64,000 nucleotides of DNA from an uncultured Candidatus Bathyarchaeia archaeon (GCA_964513245.1 CAZELO010000012.1:2282-66281); one strand, 5' to 3'. Counted from the first letter of the stretch, positions 26,043 through 36,185 are shown. Translations and numbers: made by a program. The notes: generated by a model from the sequence alone, not told the origin.

Positions 26043-29000
26043 GTGAGGACGTATGCGTTGAAGAAACATTTTGCTTCCTCGTTTCTTATCTTGCTGATTC
26101 TAACGTCTTTCATCCTTGCTGATTACGGATTGTCAAGTCCCTTCCTTAAGGAGACTGATACCCAGCTTGAAAGTTCAGGAGATTTTCTCGGTTTCAGTGA
26201 TGCTTATATTAGGGAACTTGAGGAGAATGGTTTCGGCGGCTCCTTAGACAGCATCATTGACGCTGCTTTGTCTTCTGGCCGACTAATCTTCTTGTTTTTT
26301 TATGCTGATTGGTGTCACTTCTGCAATTTGGAAAAGCCGATAGTTGATGAGCTGGGCATGGAATTCTCAGAGAGAATTCTTTTCATTCGCCTAAATGAGA
26401 AACTCAATCAGGAAGCTATGCAAGAGTTTATGGTTGACGGATACCCGACTATGTTCTTGATCTACGGTGAAGACTCTGAAGGATATAAATACGTGGAATT
26501 CAGGGGCTACAAAGAGAAAACACAACTCAAAAATGATCTCGAATATGTCCTTGTTAATCTGAGACCGCCGCCCACAAGCGAAGGCGACCTACTAGCCGAA
26601 CTTGAGCTAATCGCCAATGAAGGATCGCTCCACCATACCTGTGACATTGATGCCTGTCTTGGTGATTGTCGTATCGAGGCTGGATTCTGGGAAGAAGACG
26701 TCATGCGTGTTCTCTATGAAATGGCCCGTTTCACCGGAGAGTGCTCACTATGTGTTGGCGCGGTGACCTCGTGTGTTGGCTTGTGCTCAGCTGCCTTGAC
26801 AGCCTGTGCAGGAACTCTCGGGGCTGCTTGTCTCCCCTCTTTGGGTTTATGCGCTGGTTGTTGGGCGCTGTTTACCGTTGAGGAACTTTCTCCGGGTCCA
26901 GGTTGCGGTGGATGTATCGAAGACTTCTCGCAGCTACAGGAAGCGGCTCGAGAGATGCGGGAGACGCTGGAGTCCTGCAGTGCGTGTTGCGAAGATCCTA
27001 TGAGTTGCGAGTATGGAGCACAGGAATGCAAAGATCCAGATATTACGGGGTTACCGGATGCCCAACGATGTGTTGACAACAACATGGTCACGATGACTTG
27101 TGAAGAATGCGACTGGGTTCAGAGCCCAGGTACCTCTATATCGTCTTGCCCTCAGGGCACGCATTGCGTCGAGACCAGTACGACGATGGCAGAATGTCGG
27201 GAAGATGACGATGATGACGGCGGTGGCGGTGGTGATGACGATGATGACGATGACTGTTCAGGGTTGAGTTGTGACGGTGGCGGTGGAGGCGGGGGTGGAG
27301 GTGGATCCGGTCCGTCACCAGGTCCAGGTAACGATCATCCAGATGATACATATGACGTGTCAACCGTTTCTTCTTCGCTCGTTTCCCCATCGCTTGAACA
27401 GGTTGTAGAGCGACCAAAAGTCGCGATTTTGGAGCGAGGATACTATCTGAGCCTGATGGATCTTATGTCGGGTTTGAGTGAACACGTATCTATTGTGGAC
27501 CTTAGCTTTACCCAAGAAATGGTGAACGATTACCCTGTCCTTCTCATCCCTTCGGGAGGGTTGTTTGGGTTAGGCTCATCAAACCTGTCTCGCAGCAAAT
27601 TGGAGGAATATGTTGCGCAGGGTGGAACCCTAATCACCTTTTCCCAGCAACATGGATATGACTACAACGTGTTACCTGGCGGCCTCGTCGATGGTTTCGG
27701 ATGGATTGAAGATCAGAGCTGCCAGTACGGTTCAACAGGGATCAGTACATACCGTCCATTTCTCTCCGGCATCTTGGAACGTTTTACGCTGCAAACTGGT
27801 ATGATCAGTTTAGAGGTTGATGGTTATTTCACAAGATGGCCTCAGGATGCCTCTGTTATACTTACCAGAGTAAAAAATGGGTTGCCTGTCATGCTTGAAT
27901 ACCAGTACGGCAAGGGAACAGTCATCGCATCCACCCTTTTTTCCGATTTCTCCCATTTATTCCAGTGGGGGCACACAATGGATGATACAATACTAATTCG
28001 AGATTTAATTAATTGGGCGAAGAACCCCGATGTGTTGCCAGACTACTTGCCTGGAACCGAGGTGACTATTCCTATCAACGTGACGAACCATGTTTTATAT
28101 TCACCCTCCTACCCTCAGTTCGATCTAGGTAGCAATGTAACACTATCAGTTAACATCACCAACAGTGGCGAAGACCCTTCAACGCTTATATCCTTCCTCT
28201 TGGTCGACCCCTACTACAATCTGCATAGTGTAAATGTCTCAGAAACCGTCCTCCCTGATGAAACGAAGACCTTGAACGTCACCTTCGAGACGACTGGCGA
28301 ATCTCTTGAAGGGGTTTGGTACATCCTATACAAGTTGTACGCGGGCGATGTGGGCATCTGGTCTGGATACGCTGGTGCCTTCACACTGGGCGCCAACATA
28401 GTAGATGTATCTACATATACGGTTGGCTTCACCCTTTTGGACCCCGACGGGCAGGTTGTAGAGACGCGAACTATCCCTTACTACGTCAGACCAAGCGAGA
28501 CTGTTGCTGTTAATTTTACCTACACGCCGACGAAGAGTGGGATCTGGTCATTAGACTACGTAGTAAGGGACTACAGGGATGTCATCATCGATTTTGGCAT
28601 ATCGAATTTTGCCGTGAGCAGATTTCAAGAAAGCCCCAATGGGTGGGTCTATCAAGGTGCTGAGATTGGATTTACCATTACCAGCGATTCAGACATATAT
28701 TCCTTGGGCACTAAGGCAAACGTCACCTTCCACGTCTGGAATCGAGGCGACGAGAACGTAACAACGTTCATATTTTGGGAATTCGAACGTCGTGGACTAG
28801 AAGAGATGAAGCTGGTCAATGTCCCAGGTTTTGGCGAGGCCAAGGTCTATCGGCTGAATGAGACTCTTCTCGTCCCCGCAAATAGTTACGCTAATCTCAC
28901 TTACACGTTGGACCCTGAACTCAACGACCCTAGCGGTAGGACTTCCATGGAAATATATGCGCAGTTCTTCGCAGGATCATACTGCGGCTACATGAAGAGA

Positions 29001-32000
29001 GAGGTGTGGATCTACGCCCCTTCCGTGGATTTAACTGTCAAAACGGACAAAGAAGAATACTTCAGTGGCGAAAACGTGACCATCACCCTAGATATAACGA
29101 ATAAGATGAGCTATAGCTTTGACCTCAGCGTATCGGTTGAGGTCTATGCTCCTGGCGGTGTTAAGATATTACAGACGATAGTCGGTGCACACTTGTTGAA
29201 TTTCTCCAGTGTTAGCAAGGTTGTGTATCTCCATTTGCCTGCACTGGCGAAGGATGGGGTATACGGTATCCGCGCTGAACAAATGGCGCGTATCGTAGAG
29301 CCAAGAGTGCAATTGGTATCCACGTCAAGCCGCTTTAGGGTTGCCCCTTATACCTTACAGGTAGTCTCTCGGTCGGCGCCGGACGTGTTCTACCCGCACA
29401 CCAACGTATCCATTGCACTGACGGTGAAGAACGTTGGAAAACAAGATGTGCCGAATGGCGTGGTTAACGTCACTTTTGCAAGCCCTGAAGGGTTGTTGTG
29501 GAAGCATGAACAGAGCTTCGGTCTGATGCGCGTCAACGACAGTCAGAACTTTACCTTCACGGTTCCAATAGGTGAATTAGATGCAGAAACCTACAGCATA
29601 GTCTATTGTATCCAATATGGCCCTGACAAAAGCAAGACGGGAAGCATTTACATCATTTCATCCCTCACGTCAAGGCTCAGTCTCAACCGCAGGTACTTCC
29701 AAGCTGGTGATGCTTTCAATCTTACACTTTGGATAACAAACGATGGGAATACCCGCCAGACCAAAACGGTCTTTCTAGAAGTGCCCGACCTCGCCTTCAA
29801 TGCTACTGGATATCTCGACCTACAGCCACTTGAAATATACACCTACATATCGCCAACCTTTCCTCTGCCGATGGATATCGATGCGGGTCAACATGAGATC
29901 CGCCTTTACCTCCTAGATGACGGGGACTCTCCAGCTTCTCCTACATCGCGATTCTACTTCACTGTCCCCGAACCCATAGTAACGATGGAGTTGAATTCGA
30001 CCAGCTACGTGGTTGGCGAGGCGGTTCACCTGCTGACGCGCAATACTGGAGGCATCAATGCCTCTCTCACAGGTCGAATGACCCTTATGCATAGGACAGG
30101 AAGAGTCATCGCCGAAGACTCTTATTCAGTGACGCTGGTTCCAGATGGCGCCACTGACTGGGCGTTGCCCATTCCGAATGATCTCCCGACAGGAATGTAC
30201 CTGTTTCAGGCTGAGGTGCTTGAGCTGACAACGAACGAGACCAAATCCTATACAATGACCTTGTGGATTGATGGACTAGACGTCGATTTGACGGTTGAGA
30301 CCGAACAGGACGTGTACAGCCGGGCAGAGTTGATCAGGATCTTATCGCAGATCAATAATTCACTGAGAAGTCTAGATAACGGGACGCTCCACCTGGAAGT
30401 CACGACTTTATCGACGAGAGACATTGAGGCAGCTTGGACTTACTATGACTATCCCCTTCCCTACTACGTCAACGCAATCGATTTCGACGATGTGGGCGCG
30501 ATGTGGCTGGGCACTCGGGATGGGGGCGTCATCCGAATGCAGGGAGACACGTGGACCCAGTATAGGGGTGAATATGGGTTGGTCTCGGGATCTATAGAGG
30601 TACTTGCCGTCGACACCGCGGGCAACGTGTGGGTCTCTAACCGCTTCGCTAATATATATTCGTCAAGAGGGGTCAGCGTATTCAACGGCACTGTATGGAC
30701 GCGGTACTCTGAATTTGATTCTGGTCTGGTGTCGGACTATGTCAGAGCGATTGCTGCAGACCCTGATGGTAGCGTCTGGTTTGGCACATATTATGGTGTT
30801 AGCCACTACGACGGTGTTGACTGGTTTACATACAACGAGTCGAACAGCGGACTACCTGACGACTACATTTACGATGTCGCAGTCGCTCCAAATGGTGATG
30901 TGTGGTTTGCAACTGGAAACGGCGCTGCATTGTTCAATGGCACCCACTGGACTGTCTACAACACGGCGAATAGCAGTTTTACAAGTAACTCTGTATACGC
31001 AATCGCTGTCAATGCTGATGGTAACGTATGGTTTGGCACATACAATACTGTCAGTGTGTTCAACGGGTCTGCTTGGAAGGCATACACTTCTTCTGACGGA
31101 CTGGCTTCGGGTACGATTCTGACGATTGAAATCGACGAGAGTGGCAAGGTCTGGGTTGGGACAACTGGCGGCATCAGCATGTTCGAAGGGTCCATTTGGA
31201 CAACCTACGATGAGGTGAATAGTGGATTGGCGGACAGTTACATCTATGCAATAGCCGTTGATCCCTCTGAGACGGCATGGGTCGGCTATTACGGTCATGA
31301 AATGGGGGTCGCCTTCTTTAATGGCAGCACGTGGAGAAAGTACATCCCCTCCATTATCAGCAACGACGTGGAAGGGTTTGCCTTAGACAAGGCGCAGAAC
31401 ATGTGGGTGGTGACTACTGAAGGCGTGAGTTGTTACGATGGCGACGATTGGGTTCACTTCACCACTGAGAACAGTGGCTTACTAAACAACGATGTTCGTT
31501 CAGTAGCCGTAGACAACGCCGGCGATGTATGGTTCGGTCACTACTGCGATTACTGGCCTGATTGTGGAATCAGCCGGTTCAACGGAACGGTTTGGACAAC
31601 TTATACCTATGCCAGCGAGGGGGTGCAGTTCGACCGCATCTATTCAATTGTGCCTGACAAGGATGGGAACATGTGGTTCGGCACAGAAAGTAGCGGCGTG
31701 TACAAGTATGATGGCGTCAACTGGACGGTATACAAGGTTTCAAACAGCGGTCTACCAACCGATTATGCTTCTTTGATCGCTTTAGACGGCGATGGGGTCC
31801 TCTGGGTAGGCACAACACAGGGGGTCAGCCGTTTCGACGGCACCTACTGGGTGACCTACAACACGTCCAACAGCGACCTGCCCTCCGACTATGTGACAGG
31901 CATTGCCGTGGATTCCACTGGCAGAGTCTGGGTTACCTCAAACAACTACCTGTATCCAGTAAGCTCCTTTGATGGAGCTGGTTGGACATCCTACTCTGGT

Positions 32001-35000
32001 CCCTCAATAGCCATCTTTGGATCTCTTGCGATCGATAACACCAACAACATCTGGTTTGGAACAGATGATGGTGCAGTCCGGTTTGACGGGGAAACTTGGA
32101 TAGTGTACAACACCACTAATAGCGGCATCATCGAAGATATAGTGTCTATCGGCTTCGCTGACGAAAGCGTTTGGTTCGCATCCACACAAGCACATCCGAG
32201 CGTGTGCGTGCTAACGCAAAACGTCACCGAGAGGCCCCCTCTCCTCTGGCAAGCCGATGTATCATTAAATATACCTGAAGGAGCTGCAAACACTACCTTC
32301 ATTGACGTAGGTAGTTTAGACGTCACCGGGAAACTCTTCCTCACAGGCGTCCTCCGCTCCGCTGACGGCCATGTTCTCGCTACAGATAGATATTCATTCT
32401 ACATTGTCGATGGCGACTTAACACTTACATTTGGCTTGGACAAGGATATCTACCTGCTCGATGAAGTGGTAACGGTAACCGGCACTGTGAGAAACACCGG
32501 TTCACAGCCTCGGACCGATCTCACCCTTGAGATACACGACGGGACGAGTCTGATCCATAGTGAAGATCTCAATGTAGACCCGGATGGTAGCTATAACTTC
32601 ACTGCAACATACACTGCGGAAACCCTTGGAACTCACATGCTAACGGTGGAACTCCTATCCGGCGGGGCGGCATTCATCGAAAATCTGGATAGTTTTGAGG
32701 TGGGACAGCCTGCACTCACTGTTGACGTTAGCGCGCCGAGCGTGGTCGGGTTAACACCTTTCATGATCGACGTACTGCTTAACAACACTGGAATTGTAGA
32801 TGCCACCGTCATTGTGAACTCTACAATCAGCGAAACAATATCTCCGGGTGAAGCCCGACTCATACAGTTCGCTCAACAGATCAACCAGACCAAGACATTC
32901 ACACTCCAATTCACTGGGGACTACGTTGAGACGAGTAATTTCACCGTCCTGTTCGGCGCTTCGGCTAATATATCATGTACGCCTCAAATGGTGTACCTTG
33001 AAGGATTGGTGAGTATACCATACCAAGTGATTAACACCGGCGTTTTCGATCTCGACTTCGATCTCGTTTTCTACCTCAATGAATCCGCAACCAGCATAGA
33101 AGAGTTGTACCTCCCAGCCGGCGCGAACATTACAGGGACGCTCTTGTATAATCTTACTGAGGGAACATACGAGATAAGCTGTTTCTCGTTGTTTGGCACC
33201 TGCAATGCGATCTTCGCGGTGGCGAAAGAAAACCAGCTCACGCTTACAGTGTCCGAGATTGAGAGCGTAAATGGAACTATCCAAGTCCAGATTGCAGTAG
33301 ACAATATCGGTGCCAACAGTTTCTATGGAACCTTGAGTTATGACACTGGGTTCGATGCCTACGAGATCCCGTTAACGCTTCCAGTCAGCGATACCTTTGC
33401 ACTGCAGTTGAACGTATCTACATTAGCCGCTCCAGCTGGAGAGTATAACCTTACCATCCAACTAAACACCGACAGCTCGGTCCTCTACAAGAAGATTCTC
33501 GCCTTTGAGATTACACGGGCTGACCTCAGGTTCACTTCTATCCCCGTTAACGCTTCTTTCCAAGCCGGACAGCTGGCCAACATGACTTTCAAAGTCGCGA
33601 ATGTTGGCGGTGAAGCGGGCGAAGCTTCTGTAGCGCTCACAATGCCCGGGATCTATAATGTGACCCAATTTGCTTGGGTGAGCCCCGGCGAGGAGGTAAC
33701 CTTCAACTTCACGATCCCGATTCCTGATGATTTACCGGAAGGAAGCTTCGATCTCTATTACGCGCTCAACGACGTGAGGAACAAGACGAAAATCTTCGTT
33801 TATGGGTCCAAGATCGCTGTTACGGCTGTCCTCGACAAAAGATTTTACAGCGAAGGCGAAAATGCAACGCTTGCCATAACCGTTGAGAACCTGCGTAACC
33901 AAAACTTAACTCTCTTCTCAACTGTCGGGTATGAGGTGTCACGAGAGACACAGTTCTTCAACCTAAGCAGCTTTGGAGCTGAATATCTCACGTTCGAAGT
34001 CCCAGTTCAGTTTCTCGACCAACCAAGTAGGAAAGTCCTGTACACCGTTTACACAGCCTCGGGCAGAGCGCTTTACATAAACTCTCTATATATCTATCCG
34101 CTTCCTCCATTCGCTAGTGGCATCACAGTTCACACCGACCGGTCGGTCTATGGTGTAGGGGAAACAGTTACCATCACGGTTAATGCGTCAAGAGATGGTC
34201 TTTTCGAAGCCTCAGCGCCCAACTTCCACGTTGAAGAGAACGTCACCGGAGTCGCTGTCTATACATTCACAGTGCCCGAGCTTCTCTCGGGTACATACTC
34301 CATTGACTACACGTTCGATGGTTATGCGCAATCGTATCCTTTTGATGTGGATGGCTATTCCGCAAGCATAACCGAAATCTCTCTTGACAAAGAACAATAT
34401 ACAACGGGAGAAGATGTACACATGAGATTAGTGGTCAATGCCAACCGAGACTTCGCAGCCCTCCTCAGAACAACGCTTTACGACCAATACTTCGCGCCGA
34501 TCGACAGGTTCAGTTTAAACGTAAGCCTAGTCCGAGGCGAAAACCTTGTTGAGATCACACGAACCATTGTGTTAGGCGGGATAGGCATATACGCCATAAA
34601 CCCAAGAATCTACGTTGACCTACCAGCGCATTCTTTCGTTTTGGTTGCTGCAGGATCACGTTTCTTTGATGTGACAAGCGACATAATTTCGCCGGCAATC
34701 ATAATTACTTCGCCCCAGAACATAACCTACGCTGCTGACGCCATAAACCTAAACTACACTGTGAATGAACCTACCTTGTGGGAAGGCTACAGCCTCGACG
34801 GAAATGCCAATGTAACGTTAACGGGAAACAAGTTGTTAACAGAACTCACACAAGGCCCACACTGGCTAACAGTTTATGCGAACGACACAAGCGGGAACAT
34901 GGGTTCAAGTACAGTCTGGTTCACTGTGAACCTTCACCCGGTTGCTGTTGTGCTTAGTGATCCGTCTGATATAACGGATAACTCGATGAAGCTGACTTGG

Positions 35001-35342
35001 ACGGAAAACGCTGACGCCGACTTCGAAAACTACACGATATACATGTCGACTGCTGAGGGAACCATTGGAACTCTAATCCACACAGTGACGGAAAAGACAA
35101 CGACATCCTACGTTGTGACAGGGCTGTCGCCAGAAACCACCTATTACTTCACAATACGAGTCTACGACACCGGCGGACTGTACGCAGACTCAAACCAAGC
35201 CAGCGGAAAAACCAAAGCAACACCATTTCCCTGGGCAACAATCATAGCAGTGGCAGCTCTGATTGGTATAACAGCTATTGCAGTGGTTGTTCTAATGAAA
35301 AGACGCAAAAATCCAAATGAATATTCTCTTTCTAGCGATTGA
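26043..35342 (+). CDS. giant (3099 aa) membrane-anchored multidomain surface protein: thioredoxin-fold, Cys-rich hydrophobic region, D/G tract, alpha/beta domain, many Ig/CARDB-like domains, ~14 Reg_prop beta-propeller repeats, FN3 and a C-terminal TM anchor
   Basis: Uninterrupted 9.3 kb ORF. Signal-like SSFLILLILTSFILA. aa ~60-175: FFYADWCHFCNLEKPIVDEL...VDGYPTMFLIYG (Trx fold, CHFC). aa ~199-386: ~24 Cys. aa 387-430: D/G tract. aa ~455-660: VAILERGYY...YPVLLIPSGGL...YVAQGGTLITF (GATase1/ThuA-like alpha/beta fold, tentative). aa ~1465-2050: repeats of the type NVWFGTxxGVSxFDGxxWTxYxxxNSGLxSxxVxxIAxDxxG (two-component-regulator-propeller type). aa ~2965-3057: FN3 (MKLTWTENADADFENYTIYMS...TTYYFTIRVYD). 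The C-terminus is IIAVAALIGITAIAVVVLMKRRKN. Confidence 0.9.
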   Translation: MRTYALKKHFASSFLILLILTSFILADYGLSSPFLKETDTQLESSGDFLGFSDAYIRELEENGFGGSLDSIIDAALSSGRLIFLFFYADWCHFCNLEKPIVDELGMEFSERILFIRLNEKLNQEAMQEFMVDGYPTMFLIYGEDSEGYKYVEFRGYKEKTQLKNDLEYVLVNLRPPPTSEGDLLAELELIANEGSLHHTCDIDACLGDCRIEAGFWEEDVMRVLYEMARFTGECSLCVGAVTSCVGLCSAALTACAGTLGAACLPSLGLCAGCWALFTVEELSPGPGCGGCIEDFSQLQEAAREMRETLESCSACCEDPMSCEYGAQECKDPDITGLPDAQRCVDNNMVTMTCEECDWVQSPGTSISSCPQGTHCVETSTTMAECREDDDDDGGGGGDDDDDDDCSGLSCDGGGGGGGGGGSGPSPGPGNDHPDDTYDVSTVSSSLVSPSLEQVVERPKVAILERGYYLSLMDLMSGLSEHVSIVDLSFTQEMVNDYPVLLIPSGGLFGLGSSNLSRSKLEEYVAQGGTLITFSQQHGYDYNVLPGGLVDGFGWIEDQSCQYGSTGISTYRPFLSGILERFTLQTGMISLEVDGYFTRWPQDASVILTRVKNGLPVMLEYQYGKGTVIASTLFSDFSHLFQWGHTMDDTILIRDLINWAKNPDVLPDYLPGTEVTIPINVTNHVLYSPSYPQFDLGSNVTLSVNITNSGEDPSTLISFLLVDPYYNLHSVNVSETVLPDETKTLNVTFETTGESLEGVWYILYKLYAGDVGIWSGYAGAFTLGANIVDVSTYTVGFTLLDPDGQVVETRTIPYYVRPSETVAVNFTYTPTKSGIWSLDYVVRDYRDVIIDFGISNFAVSRFQESPNGWVYQGAEIGFTITSDSDIYSLGTKANVTFHVWNRGDENVTTFIFWEFERRGLEEMKLVNVPGFGEAKVYRLNETLLVPANSYANLTYTLDPELNDPSGRTSMEIYAQFFAGSYCGYMKREVWIYAPSVDLTVKTDKEEYFSGENVTITLDITNKMSYSFDLSVSVEVYAPGGVKILQTIVGAHLLNFSSVSKVVYLHLPALAKDGVYGIRAEQMARIVEPRVQLVSTSSRFRVAPYTLQVVSRSAPDVFYPHTNVSIALTVKNVGKQDVPNGVVNVTFASPEGLLWKHEQSFGLMRVNDSQNFTFTVPIGELDAETYSIVYCIQYGPDKSKTGSIYIISSLTSRLSLNRRYFQAGDAFNLTLWITNDGNTRQTKTVFLEVPDLAFNATGYLDLQPLEIYTYISPTFPLPMDIDAGQHEIRLYLLDDGDSPASPTSRFYFTVPEPIVTMELNSTSYVVGEAVHLLTRNTGGINASLTGRMTLMHRTGRVIAEDSYSVTLVPDGATDWALPIPNDLPTGMYLFQAEVLELTTNETKSYTMTLWIDGLDVDLTVETEQDVYSRAELIRILSQINNSLRSLDNGTLHLEVTTLSTRDIEAAWTYYDYPLPYYVNAIDFDDVGAMWLGTRDGGVIRMQGDTWTQYRGEYGLVSGSIEVLAVDTAGNVWVSNRFANIYSSRGVSVFNGTVWTRYSEFDSGLVSDYVRAIAADPDGSVWFGTYYGVSHYDGVDWFTYNESNSGLPDDYIYDVAVAPNGDVWFATGNGAALFNGTHWTVYNTANSSFTSNSVYAIAVNADGNVWFGTYNTVSVFNGSAWKAYTSSDGLASGTILTIEIDESGKVWVGTTGGISMFEGSIWTTYDEVNSGLADSYIYAIAVDPSETAWVGYYGHEMGVAFFNGSTWRKYIPSIISNDVEGFALDKAQNMWVVTTEGVSCYDGDDWVHFTTENSGLLNNDVRSVAVDNAGDVWFGHYCDYWPDCGISRFNGTVWTTYTYASEGVQFDRIYSIVPDKDGNMWFGTESSGVYKYDGVNWTVYKVSNSGLPTDYASLIALDGDGVLWVGTTQGVSRFDGTYWVTYNTSNSDLPSDYVTGIAVDSTGRVWVTSNNYLYPVSSFDGAGWTSYSGPSIAIFGSLAIDNTNNIWFGTDDGAVRFDGETWIVYNTTNSGIIEDIVSIGFADESVWFASTQAHPSVCVLTQNVTERPPLLWQADVSLNIPEGAANTTFIDVGSLDVTGKLFLTGVLRSADGHVLATDRYSFYIVDGDLTLTFGLDKDIYLLDEVVTVTGTVRNTGSQPRTDLTLEIHDGTSLIHSEDLNVDPDGSYNFTATYTAETLGTHMLTVELLSGGAAFIENLDSFEVGQPALTVDVSAPSVVGLTPFMIDVLLNNTGIVDATVIVNSTISETISPGEARLIQFAQQINQTKTFTLQFTGDYVETSNFTVLFGASANISCTPQMVYLEGLVSIPYQVINTGVFDLDFDLVFYLNESATSIEELYLPAGANITGTLLYNLTEGTYEISCFSLFGTCNAIFAVAKENQLTLTVSEIESVNGTIQVQIAVDNIGANSFYGTLSYDTGFDAYEIPLTLPVSDTFALQLNVSTLAAPAGEYNLTIQLNTDSSVLYKKILAFEITRADLRFTSIPVNASFQAGQLANMTFKVANVGGEAGEASVALTMPGIYNVTQFAWVSPGEEVTFNFTIPIPDDLPEGSFDLYYALNDVRNKTKIFVYGSKIAVTAVLDKRFYSEGENATLAITVENLRNQNLTLFSTVGYEVSRETQFFNLSSFGAEYLTFEVPVQFLDQPSRKVLYTVYTASGRALYINSLYIYPLPPFASGITVHTDRSVYGVGETVTITVNASRDGLFEASAPNFHVEENVTGVAVYTFTVPELLSGTYSIDYTFDGYAQSYPFDVDGYSASITEISLDKEQYTTGEDVHMRLVVNANRDFAALLRTTLYDQYFAPIDRFSLNVSLVRGENLVEITRTIVLGGIGIYAINPRIYVDLPAHSFVLVAAGSRFFDVTSDIISPAIIITSPQNITYAADAINLNYTVNEPTLWEGYSLDGNANVTLTGNKLLTELTQGPHWLTVYANDTSGNMGSSTVWFTVNLHPVAVVLSDPSDITDNSMKLTWTENADADFENYTIYMSTAEGTIGTLIHTVTEKTTTSYVVTGLSPETTYYFTIRVYDTGGLYADSNQASGKTKATPFPWATIIAVAALIGITAIAVVVLMKRRKNPNEYSLSSD

Positions 35343-35351
35343 CATTTTGCC

Positions 35352-35358
35352 TTTTTTT
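35352..35358 (+). terminator. oligo-T terminator after the second giant ORF
   Basis: A T7 run lies 10 nt after the stop codon, followed by further T-rich sequence (TTGTTTTG). Confidence 0.4.
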
Positions 35359-35680
35359 CTTACATTTGTTTTGAAAAACGCTTACAAGGCAGAGTCTCAG
35401 CCTAAGAAACACTTTTTCTTTCTAGTATAAGCTTCTCTTATTTGCGGTTTCAAGGTTTTCAAAAAAATTTCTGGTTAAATACACGTTTCCTGATTAGATT
35501 CTGACAACGGCTCTTATCGGAACCGAAAGAAGCGTACGACAGGCTTCCCCGTCTCCCGTCTAAATACACAGTCGCGGAAAGCCTTCTTTCTCCCGGGCAG
35601 ATATACTATATGTATGTGAAAAGGTGTGCGGGTAGGGTCGACTAAATATATTTACTTATTTAACCTCCGGAACGAGGACG

Positions 35681-35879
35681 CTGAGGCTAAGCAAGAAGGT
35701 CGTAACATTGTATCTCACCATAGAGCTCTATCGGCAGCTGAGGGATCTTGTTGCGCCTAAGCCCGTCAGCCAAGAGGCTGATGAGGAAGCGGATTGCGGA
35801 GATGGGCGAAGCCGAGGTTGAACCTTTACGTCATGCGAACTTTGAAGCGTTGAAACTTGAATACAGGAAAGGGCGTTAA
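35681..35879 (+). pseudogene. possible decayed ribbon-helix-helix (CopG/Arc-like) gene remnant
   Basis: Frame a reads (L)RLSKKVVTLYLTIELYRQLRDLVAPKPVS. The sequence then continues sensibly only in the +1 frame: AKRLMRKRIAEMGEAEVEPLRHANFEALKLEYRKGR-stop. There is no ATG. The beta-strand plus LYxxL plus helix pattern is RHH-like. Confidence 0.2.
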
Positions 35880-36185
35880 GGAATAGGGCAAGATCACGAA
35901 GGAACTGAAAGACGAAAAGGTGTATGAGTACCTGAAGGCCCTAGCGGTCGGGGTAGGCGTAGATACAGAACGCTTCAACGTTCTCAATATTTTCAGGAAC
36001 TTTGACAAAGAACCATATGATGAAAACATTCCTTCAAGTATTTTTTTATTGCAGAACCTATATCTAGCTACGGATAGCGAAAGAACTGACATCATCTTTG
36101 ATTCAAGACTTGGGAGCGGATTAGATTTTGTTAGTCTTTGAAAAGAAAAATCTCCATGTGAAAGTCTGGACAAAGGCAGCCTGGG

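Noticed and set aside
27136-27417. 93 aa H/R-rich minus-strand ORF
   Set aside because: It is antisense to the Asp/Gly triplet-repeat tract of giant gene 2, so it is a compositional artefact.
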